A DNA stretch of 64,000 bases, from positions 323,098 to 387,097 of the forward strand of contig JAFWJA010000015.1 in NCBI GenBank assembly GCA_017511805.1, in the 5' to 3' direction. Below the pieces are notes generated by a model. The model was given only the letters and a program-made list of their open reading frames with translations, was not told the origin of the DNA and did not search any database. This document shows, piece after piece, positions 29,498 through 37,121 of this stretch. The DNA comes from Bacilli bacterium. Lineage in GTDB: Bacteria; Bacillota_I; Bacilli_A; RF39; UBA660. The translations under genes and the position numbers were made by a program. The stretch's first letter is position 1. Every line of letters starts with the position of its first letter.

Positions 29498-30564
29498 TCT
29501 GTATCATTCCTTATATAATCATTTATTTCATTACTTAATACTTCAATTGTATTTAAAACTTCAGTTATTGTATTATCTTTAGCTCCTAATTCAACAAGTA
29601 TTACATTCTTTGATATATCTTGATTATATGCTTCATACCAATCTTCTGTTTCTCTTTCATATATACCTCTAGATAAAGCTGGATACTTTAAATTAATATT
29701 CTTACTTAGTTTATCCATCATTACCCTATTTTCTTCAGCAGTTCTATTTGTTGTTCCTAATACAAAAAGTACTCTAGCATAGTTTTTACCATCTATTTCA
29801 ATTGTTGATATATCTTTATTAACAGAATCTCTATGTAAATCAATAAAGTATTTTAAACTAGGATACTTTTCTTTTGCTTGAGATATAAATACTCTTGATG
29901 CTCCATATAATTCATTACTAGGAAGACCCATACTCTTTATAAACTCATCCATGTTTGTATCTTCCCATACTGTTTTTATACCTAGTTTATTTAGTTTTTC
30001 AGATAATAAAGAAGATGCCATCATAACATTTGGAACCATATTATATGATTCTAAGCCTTGATTACTATAAGTTTCTAATTGATGTGTATTATAAATATAT
30101 AAAATAGGATCAGTGACTGACTCTGAATCATTTTTTATATAATTAGTTATTTTATTATATTCATCTGGATTATAATCATCTTCAGTACTATATTCTTCTT
30201 TAATAACTTTAGTTCCCTCACTATAGTTTTTACCATATGTCAATAAAGAACTAGGATTATTTTTATCTATTCCAGCGAATAATTTTAAAACTGAATTAAC
30301 TATAAAAGAATACTTGTTATTATTGTTATACGATTTATTAACTAAATAATCTAGAGTATATTTATTATTCAATGAATAACTCTTTTTATATAAATAATTA
30401 ATTGTAAAAGCAAAAGATAATAAAAATAAAATTAGAATTAAAAATCTCTTTAAAAATTTAAAACTTTTCTTCTTTTTAATATTTGCCTTTTTCAAATTTA
30501 TCACCCATAAACAAAATACAATATAAAATAAGAATAAAATGTCGTAATTATTACTTATTATCAT
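29494..30564 (-). CDS. SpoIIP-family protein (stage II sporulation protein P-like cell-wall amidase), membrane anchored.
   Basis: C-terminal region DLHRDS...GKNYARVLFVLG...KYPALSRGIY...YNQDISKNVILVELGAKDNT resembles the SpoIIP signature (DLHRDS, GK.YAR, KYP.LSRG, YNQ.LS). Confidence 0.55.
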   Translation of the reverse strand: MIISNNYDILFLFYIVFCLWVINLKKANIKKKKSFKFLKRFLILILFLLSFAFTINYLYKKSYSLNNKYTLDYLVNKSYNNNNKYSFIVNSVLKLFAGIDKNNPSSLLTYGKNYSEGTKVIKEEYSTEDDYNPDEYNKITNYIKNDSESVTDPILYIYNTHQLETYSNQGLESYNMVPNVMMASSLLSEKLNKLGIKTVWEDTNMDEFIKSMGLPSNELYGASRVFISQAKEKYPSLKYFIDLHRDSVNKDISTIEIDGKNYARVLFVLGTTNRTAEENRVMMDKLSKNINLKYPALSRGIYERETEDWYEAYNQDISKNVILVELGAKDNTITEVLNTIEVLSNEINDYIRNDTE

Positions 30565-30652
30565 TTTTTACTAATTTAGTGTAAAATGTTGCTTTTTTTA
30601 TTTATTTTTGATAAAATTAGTTAAGTTGAGACCCATTAGGAGGTGAAAGTAT

Positions 30653-30895
30653 ATGGCAAATATAAAAAGTGCTAAAAAAAGAATTTTAGTTAATGAAACT
30701 AAAAATGGAAATAATGTACCAAAAAAATCTACTATGAAAAGTGCAATTAAGAAAGCTGTTACTACTCCAACAGAAGAAACAGTAAATGAAGCATACAAAA
30801 GAATTGATAAAGCTTTAGCTAAGAATATTATTACTAAAAATAAAGCAGCAAGAGCTAAATCAAGAGTTAGTAAGAAATTAAACGAAACAAAATAA
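30653..30895 (+). CDS. rpsT: 30S ribosomal protein S20.
   Basis: MANIKSAKKRILVNETKNGNN... is a typical S20 N-terminus. 80 aa, basic. GGAGGTG RBS. Confidence 0.9.
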   Translation: MANIKSAKKRILVNETKNGNNVPKKSTMKSAIKKAVTTPTEETVNEAYKRIDKALAKNIITKNKAARAKSRVSKKLNETK

Positions 30896-30900
30896 AAATC

Positions 30901-30931
30901 AAATATCTTAAATAGATATTTTTTTTATTTT
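30901..30931 (+). terminator. Weak AT-rich hairpin plus T-run after rpsT.
   Basis: AAATATCT-taaat-AGATATTT followed by TTTTTTATTTT. Confidence 0.4.
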
Positions 30932-30957
30932 CGTGTATACTTATATTAGGTGAATTT

Positions 30958-31875
30958 ATGAAAAAAGTAATTATAGTATTATTTGTTATATTCATGTTTT
31001 TTGTATTTGATACAAGAATATTTAAAGATACAGCATATAATATTTATACTAAATTAGTTGATAAACAAGGTTATAGAATATCTAATAATCCAGATTTATT
31101 AAATCAGAATAATTACACAAAAAAAGATTATTCTAGTTATGCATCTACTACTGATAGTTTAACTGCTCATAATAAACAAGAATTAATTGATATATATTAT
31201 TCTGCTGTTAATAGTGGTTTTGATAGATTAACTTTTTATTGTGATTATCAATGTGATAATGATATTAATAATCTAAATAATAATGATGCTAACTTTACTT
31301 ATATTAATCAATTAGTTGGTGTATATAATACATATTCTAGTATTGAATCATCTTATACAACTAGTTTAAGAGTAGATTTAAATATTATTAGAAAATATAC
31401 TGAAGAAGAAATAGATAAAATAGATAAAAGAATAGATGAAATAATAATAGAACAAGGTATTAATAATTATGATAATGTACGTGATAAAATAAAAGTATTT
31501 CATGATTATATAGCTAATACAAATAGATATGATCAAGACATGGCTGAAAATAGAGAGTCTTTATATCATTCTGATACAGCTATAGGAGCATTATTTGAAG
31601 GAAAAGCAATATGTTCTGGATATTCTGATGCTATGAGTTTATTTCTTGATAAACTAGGATTAGAAAACGTTAGAATTGCTACAGAAGAACATGTGTGGAA
31701 TGTAGTTTTAATTGATGGAACTTGGTATCATATAGATTTAACTTGGGATGATCCTATTGTTACTAATGGTGGAGATATAATTCAATATGATTATTTCTTA
31801 ATAACTACTGATGAATTAAATAGTAAAAATGATATAGAACATCAATATAACGAAGAAGTTTATGACTTTATATAA
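30958..31875 (+). CDS. Transglutaminase-like cysteine protease-fold protein, secreted/membrane-anchored.
   Basis: Cys-His-Asp triad in context: GKAICSGYSDAMSLF ... EEHVWNVV ... WYHIDLTWDD. N-terminal signal/TM. Confidence 0.7.
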   Translation: MKKVIIVLFVIFMFFVFDTRIFKDTAYNIYTKLVDKQGYRISNNPDLLNQNNYTKKDYSSYASTTDSLTAHNKQELIDIYYSAVNSGFDRLTFYCDYQCDNDINNLNNNDANFTYINQLVGVYNTYSSIESSYTTSLRVDLNIIRKYTEEEIDKIDKRIDEIIIEQGINNYDNVRDKIKVFHDYIANTNRYDQDMAENRESLYHSDTAIGALFEGKAICSGYSDAMSLFLDKLGLENVRIATEEHVWNVVLIDGTWYHIDLTWDDPIVTNGGDIIQYDYFLITTDELNSKNDIEHQYNEEVYDFI

Positions 31876-31906
31876 AAAAAGAGATTATTAATCTCTTTTT
31901 TCTATG
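31874..31906. terminator. Bidirectional terminator between the transglutaminase-like gene (+) and miaA (-).
   Basis: AAAAAAAGAGATTAT-TAATCTCTTTTTT palindrome. Confidence 0.5.
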
Positions 31907-32757
31907 TATTTTATTACTTCTTTTACTGTATTATCAAAATTATTAAAATCTACATCAAACCATTTAATATCCATCTTATTCTTAAAGAAAGTAAATTGTC
32001 TTTTAGCATAATGTCTACTATTTTGTTTAATTAAATCTATTGCTTCTTCTTTTGATATTTCTTTATCATAATACTTAAATAATTCTTTATATCCAATTGG
32101 TGTTAAAGTAGCTTTAGTTCTTTCTTTTGAATAAAAGTATTTAGCTTCATCTTCTAAACCATTTTTAAGCATTATATCTACCCTTTTATTAATTCTATCA
32201 TATAATATATCTCTTTCTGTTTCTAAGCCTATAAAGTATACATTATCATACAATAACTTATCTCCATCATAAGATATATTATCATTTTCTAGATTAATTA
32301 GTGTTCTAATTAATCTTCTTTTATTATCTTTATCTACTACTATATCTTTATCTATTTTTATGATTTTGTCATATAATTCTTCTTTTGATAATGATTCATA
32401 ATCATTATTCTTTTCTTCTTTATTAAATTTATAATCATATAACGCTGCTTTTACATATAGACCTGTTCCACCTACAAAGATTATATTTTTACCTTTTTCT
32501 TCTAGTTCTTTTATTTTATTTCTAGCATCTATTTGATAATCATATACTGAATAATCTTCATCATAATTCTTTATATCTATTAAATGATGAGGTATTCCTT
32601 CAGCTTCTTCTTTAGTTACTTTAGCACTAGCTATATTCATTTCTTTATATATTTGAACTGAATCATAATTAATAATCTCAGCATTATATTTTTTAGCAAG
32701 TTCTATACTTAATTTAGTTTTACCAACTGCAGTAGGTCCTGCGATAACAATAATCAT
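31888..32757 (-). CDS. miaA: tRNA dimethylallyltransferase MiaA.
   Basis: P-loop [36 protein letters not shown], the C-terminal YAKRQ motif. 289 aa. Confidence 0.9.
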   Translation of the reverse strand: [289 protein letters not shown]

Positions 32758-32816
32758 AAAATCACCACTTTCATTATATCATAAATAAAAAAAGAAATAG
32801 CAATGCTATTCTTTTT

Positions 32817-34562
32817 TTACATTTTTTGTTTCTTTTTAATTTCTTCAGCTACTTGAATTATTTCTGGATGAGCTTTTTGTATTTCTTTGTCTACATATTG
32901 TAGTGCATATCCATCATTCTTTACAGCGGCCATAACAATCTCTGGATGTTCTTTTTGTATTTCTTTATCAGCATATTGTAGTGCATATCCATCATTCTTT
33001 ACTGCTTCTATAACAATCTCTGGATGGTCTTTTTGTATTTCTTTATCGACATATTTTAGTGCATATCCATCTTCCTTTACTGCTTCTAGAACAATCTCTG
33101 GATGAGCTTTTTTTATTTCTTTATCAACATATTGTAGTGCACATACATTTTGCTTTACTGCGGCCATAACTATCTCTGGATGAGCTTTTTGTATTTCTTT
33201 ATCAACATATTCTAGTGCATATCCATTTGATTTTACTGCGGCCATAACTATCTCTGGATGAGCTTTTTGTATTTCTTTATCAACATATATTAGTGCAAAT
33301 CCATTTTTCTTTAATGCTCTAATTAGAACATCTTCATCTTCTTCTCTTATTTTGACATTTTCTGGTAATTGTTTCATAGTTAAAAACATAACTTTTATAT
33401 CATCATTTGATGCATAATAATCTTCTAATATATTTCTTTTATTTTTTATCTTCGCTACTTTTGGATCTTGTCCCCAACCAAAACCATATTGTTTAGTATA
33501 TAAATCTTCTAATTCTTGCTCTGTTAATGACTCATTATTTTTTGTTTTCTTTCCTATAACAATAAGTTCTTTTAAATCTTCTACTTTTTGCATTTCTTCT
33601 TCTACATCTTCTTTTGATAAGAATGGCATTTCATTAAGTTTATTTTCAAGTACTCCAATCATGCTTTCTTCTAGATTTTGTCCGTCTTCTACTCCTCTTA
33701 TTTCACCTATATTGTTATGACCATCTAACCTTATTGCAATTCTAGGTGTTGTATAGTTTCCTTCTTTATCTTTTGTATAATATACATAAAAATCTCCACC
33801 ATTTTCTGCATTATTATATGGTCCACATACTTGTTTGATTGCCATATCTTCAGATGCTGTACACCAACCAGTATTTTTTCCTTCAAGTGATTTTGATAAT
33901 TTAATAGCTTCTTCCTTACTACCTTGATTATATTTAATCCATATTCCTTCAGTACTAGTTCTATCCGCTACGCTCTTTTTATATTGCTTTTCAAATAAAG
34001 TATATATTTTACTAAAGCTATCTGTTTTACTTAGTTTTTTGTCTATATCTTCAGTTATTTCTTCTTTATTAACTAATTTCATAATTGTAGTTATACATTT
34101 TGCAATTATTTCTGGATTACATTCTACAAAAGGTGCCTCTGTTTTTTTATTTCTTTTTAAATAAACACCTTTAAGATCATCATAACTACCCATTTTTAAC
34201 ATTCCTTGAAATGCCCAGTATTTTGCCCATGTCGGATAAACTGCTGTTGGATTTGAAAGATATTCTAACCACATAGTTAAGCTCTTCTTTTGAGCATTTT
34301 GTATTCTTTCAATTTCACTTTCATCTATTGCACGTATATTTTCTTTTTTTATAACGTATTTATCAAAATAAAGATTATATAATAGATTTTTCTTTCCATC
34401 TGTATCTGCTTTACTATGTACTCTTTCTAATCTATCCATATACTTTTTTATAGCTTCTAATCTCTTATCTTTAATTTCTTTAGTATGTTGTACTTCATCA
34501 CTCATATATAGATCTCTATATAATTTATCTAAGAATTCTTCACCTATATAATTATTTGCCAT
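32817..34562 (-). CDS. Protein with an N-terminal domain of unknown function and about 7 C-terminal DUF4116-type 30-aa repeats (DGYAL(K/Q)YVDKEIQKxHPEIVxxAVKxx).
   Basis: Repeats read directly in the translation. DUF4116 assignment is from the ALxYxxxEL..D.E(I/V)VL.AVK.NG periodic signature. Confidence 0.55.
   Translation of the reverse strand: MANNYIGEEFLDKLYRDLYMSDEVQHTKEIKDKRLEAIKKYMDRLERVHSKADTDGKKNLLYNLYFDKYVIKKENIRAIDESEIERIQNAQKKSLTMWLEYLSNPTAVYPTWAKYWAFQGMLKMGSYDDLKGVYLKRNKKTEAPFVECNPEIIAKCITTIMKLVNKEEITEDIDKKLSKTDSFSKIYTLFEKQYKKSVADRTSTEGIWIKYNQGSKEEAIKLSKSLEGKNTGWCTASEDMAIKQVCGPYNNAENGGDFYVYYTKDKEGNYTTPRIAIRLDGHNNIGEIRGVEDGQNLEESMIGVLENKLNEMPFLSKEDVEEEMQKVEDLKELIVIGKKTKNNESLTEQELEDLYTKQYGFGWGQDPKVAKIKNKRNILEDYYASNDDIKVMFLTMKQLPENVKIREEDEDVLIRALKKNGFALIYVDKEIQKAHPEIVMAAVKSNGYALEYVDKEIQKAHPEIVMAAVKQNVCALQYVDKEIKKAHPEIVLEAVKEDGYALKYVDKEIQKDHPEIVIEAVKNDGYALQYADKEIQKEHPEIVMAAVKNDGYALQYVDKEIQKAHPEIIQVAEEIKKKQKM
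32855..33310 (-). repeat. About 5.5 tandem copies of a 90-bp coding repeat (near-identical), encoding the DUF4116-like repeats.
   Basis: ...tctggatgagctttttgtatttctttatcaacatattgtagtgcatatccat... recurs with a 90-bp period. Confidence 0.6.
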
Positions 34563-34605
34563 AAAGTCACCTCTATTATTACAATTATAACAAAAAAATA
34601 GATTA

Positions 34606-34880
34606 ATTAAAATCTATTTTTCTAATTCTTCATATACTTTACTAGCTAATGTATTATGACCCTCAATGCTCATATGTAATCCATCTTCTTTAATATATTC
34701 TTCCTTAATTTCTTTTTCTTCTTCTGTTACTTTAGCACTAACTATATTCATATCTTTATATATTTGTACTGAATCATAATTAATAATCTCAGCATTATAT
34801 TTTTAAGCAAGTTCTATACTTAATTTAGTTTTACCAACTGCAGTAGGTCCTGCGATAACAATAATCATAAAAATCATCAA
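34606..34880 (-). pseudogene. Chimeric gene relic. A duplicated copy of the miaA 5' end (~150 bp, ~90% identical to 32620-32757) carries a premature TAA. It is fused to a diverged copy of the 3' end of the SGNH-hydrolase gene (compare 35956-36050).
   Basis: Minus-strand translation: [83 protein letters not shown]. The first part equals the MiaA N-terminus. The tail resembles the SGNH C-terminus DGLHMNEIGHSRVADKVYEILN. Confidence 0.6.
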
Positions 34881-34896
34881 TTTCATTATATCAAAA

Positions 34897-35754
34897 TTAT
34901 TTATCTTTTTCTATTTTTTCTTGTTCATCTATATATTTATATTTTAGATTATTATTTGAATTAATTATAGTTTTCCCTAAGTTCTTTTCAATATTTTCTC
35001 TTGCAGCTTTAGAAGCACTTCCACCCATTTTAGCTATTATTTGATTTTGTTTTAAACCTTGCGGGTTATGTTCTTTAACAAGTTCCCTAGTAGCAGCTTC
35101 ACCCAGGTCAGTTAATATTACTTCAAGATCAGACATATTATCTCTTAAAGATTCTTTTCTTATACCTTTAAATTCTTTATATTCTTTAGCAGTCATACCT
35201 GACCATTCTTTATAAATATCATTTGTAAGAATAGCATATTCTACTCTATCTTTAACTCCATGTTCTTCCCAAGTTTTAGTTAATTTTTTTCTATTTATAA
35301 TAGCTTTAATTCTAGCTTCAATCCATTCTAAAGAATAACCTTTTTTTAAGTAAAAATCTACCATTTCATCAATTCCTATAGATGGATCAAAAACTTCATC
35401 AACTTTTTGTTTTCCTAATTTCGCTAACCATAGCTTAAATGGTTCTGCTTTTGGTGAAGGGACTGACTCAATTAATCTAAATATTCCTTCAGTATCTAAA
35501 GTATCTGTCAAGTATTTCTTACCATCCTTAGAAGATTTTAATTTCAGTTGTACACAATTAGTGTACAACTCACTTCCCTCTTCTGTTAATCTTCTTTTTA
35601 ACATATTCCAATAATTTCTTGGATTAGTACTTTCAGTTAACGCTGCAATCACATCTACCACACTAAAATAATATTCTTCCTCCTCTTTATTCCAAATACT
35701 TCTTATTTCTTTTCCTTCAAATAAATTTGTAATTGTTTCTAGTTTGTTTTTCAT
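34897..35754 (-). CDS. Bro-N domain protein of the DinD (DNA-damage-inducible protein D) type; phage-derived antirepressor-like.
   Basis: N-terminal ...LFEGKEIRSIWNKEEEEYYFSVVDVIAALTESTNPRNYW matches the Bro-N signature. ~285 aa, like DinD. Confidence 0.5.
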   Translation of the reverse strand: MKNKLETITNLFEGKEIRSIWNKEEEEYYFSVVDVIAALTESTNPRNYWNMLKRRLTEEGSELYTNCVQLKLKSSKDGKKYLTDTLDTEGIFRLIESVPSPKAEPFKLWLAKLGKQKVDEVFDPSIGIDEMVDFYLKKGYSLEWIEARIKAIINRKKLTKTWEEHGVKDRVEYAILTNDIYKEWSGMTAKEYKEFKGIRKESLRDNMSDLEVILTDLGEAATRELVKEHNPQGLKQNQIIAKMGGSASKAARENIEKNLGKTIINSNNNLKYKYIDEQEKIEKDK

Positions 35755-35825
35755 ATAAAATCTCCTTTCTTTTTACAATCTAGTTTTATTACTTATATTT
35801 CACATCACCTCCTTTAATGAATAAA

Positions 35826-35870
35826 AAAAGGAGTATACCTCCTTTCTTTCCAAAAGGAAGTATACTCCGC
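35826..35870 (-). terminator. GC-rich hairpin (GGAGTATAC...GTATACTCC with an inner TTCC-aaaa-GGAA) followed by a T-run on the minus strand. Likely terminator of the uvrC-mutL-TIM-like-SGNH operon.
   Basis: 9-bp perfect outer stem, the only strongly GC-rich intergenic element in the window. It lies after the SGNH-hydrolase stop. Confidence 0.4.
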
Positions 35871-35957
35871 AGCATGTCTATTCTATTTCTTGCCTTAATA
35901 AAATAAACGTTATCGTCTCAAATTGTCATATTAACACTTGGCAATTAATTAATACAT

Positions 35958-36572
35958 TTAGTTTAATATTTCATATACTTTATCCGCTACTCTACTATGA
36001 CCTATTTCATTCATATGTAATCCATCTTCACATAGATCTATATCATTAAAGTATATGTTTTTAATATTATTATCATTAAAATATTTAATTATATTTTGTC
36101 TATTATTTTCTGTTTTATCAAATAATTCTTTATATTCAACACCAGGTAAAGCAAAGTTAACTGGTAATAAATATATTATCTCTGGTAATTTACCATTAAA
36201 ATACCTATTATTATCTTCATCAAATAATTGATCTAGTAACTCTTTATAAGATAATAAGTCCTTTATGATATTATCACTATTTCTATTTGATTCTGGTCTT
36301 AAATCATTACTACCAAGAGATATTATAAGTATATCTAATGGTGCGATAGATTTATAAGTACTTAAAAAAGTATCTATACCATTTCTATATATTTCATTCT
36401 TATCTACAGACCCCGCAAATCTTCCAGGTAATCCTTCTTGATAAACTTTATAATCATTACCTAGTTTTTCTTGAAGAATATTACACCATTGTTTATCATC
36501 TGGTATTCTTCTTCTAGTAAGAAAATTATCTCCCCATGTATTTGAATCACCATATACTAATATTTTCTTCAT
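35958..36572 (-). CDS. SGNH/GDSL-family hydrolase (lipase/esterase/acylhydrolase fold).
   Basis: ILVYGDSNTWG (block I, catalytic Ser), LGSND (block III) and a DGLH-type block V (catalytic Asp/His) in DGLHMNEIGH. Confidence 0.7.
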   Translation of the reverse strand: MKKILVYGDSNTWGDNFLTRRRIPDDKQWCNILQEKLGNDYKVYQEGLPGRFAGSVDKNEIYRNGIDTFLSTYKSIAPLDILIISLGSNDLRPESNRNSDNIIKDLLSYKELLDQLFDEDNNRYFNGKLPEIIYLLPVNFALPGVEYKELFDKTENNRQNIIKYFNDNNIKNIYFNDIDLCEDGLHMNEIGHSRVADKVYEILN

Positions 36573-37120
36573 ACTAACTCCTTATATTTATCTATATTTA
36601 TATATTCTCTTCCAATTAATATTCCATATAGATCTTTTATTTTTAGAATATCCTTAACTGTATCTAATCTTATTCCTCCACCATATATGACTCTTATATC
36701 TTTATATATAGTTTTAACTTCTTTAATAAAAGATTCTATTTCACTAATTGGAACTGTTTTATCAGTTCCAACATAACTATCTACTTCATACGCTACTATT
36801 ATGTTTTTATAGTCAGAAATACCTTTTAAATCTTGTTTTAACATATCAATTGAGTTAACACATAGAATAACAGTTATACCTAGTTTTAAAGCCTCTTTTA
36901 CTTGATTATTAATTATCTCATTAGTAAGAATACTTCTATAGTCTTTATGACCTAGTAAAGCATATTTAAAATTAGAATCAACAATAGAATTAGTTCCTAG
37001 ATTATCATATTCTAAACTATATAAATCTTCTTTGTTAGGTATAACTATTACATTCTTATTTAAATCATTAACATAATCTTGCTTTATTCTATTTTTCTTT
37101 AAATTAACTACTATTATCAT
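36569..37120 (-). CDS. Miniaturised triosephosphate-isomerase-like protein. 183 aa versus ~250 for canonical TIM. The catalytic Asn/Lys/His/Glu positions are retained.
   Basis: IIVVNLKKN ~ IIAGNWKMN. LLGHKDYR ~ VIGHSERR. ILCV ~ IICVGE. IIVAYEVDSYVGTDKT ~ VIAYEPIWAIGTGKS. RVIYGGGI...GILIGREYIN ~ IQYGGSV...GALVGGASL. About 60 residues between strands 2 and 4 are absent. Confidence 0.45.
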   Translation of the reverse strand: MIIVVNLKKNRIKQDYVNDLNKNVIVIPNKEDLYSLEYDNLGTNSIVDSNFKYALLGHKDYRSILTNEIINNQVKEALKLGITVILCVNSIDMLKQDLKGISDYKNIIVAYEVDSYVGTDKTVPISEIESFIKEVKTIYKDIRVIYGGGIRLDTVKDILKIKDLYGILIGREYINIDKYKELV

Positions 37121-37121
37121 A

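Noticed and set aside
30598-30798. Minus-strand 66-aa ORF overlapping rpsT.
   Set aside because: S20 on the plus strand has a strong RBS and a canonical sequence. The overlapping ORF is hydrophobic antisense noise.
32855-33310. Regular 90-bp direct repeats, considered as a possible CRISPR array. The 440-bp repeats at 21690-22560 were considered likewise.
   Set aside because: The repeats are contiguous with no unique spacers, are in-frame coding sequence of DUF4116 / Listeria-Bacteroides repeats, and no cas genes are nearby.
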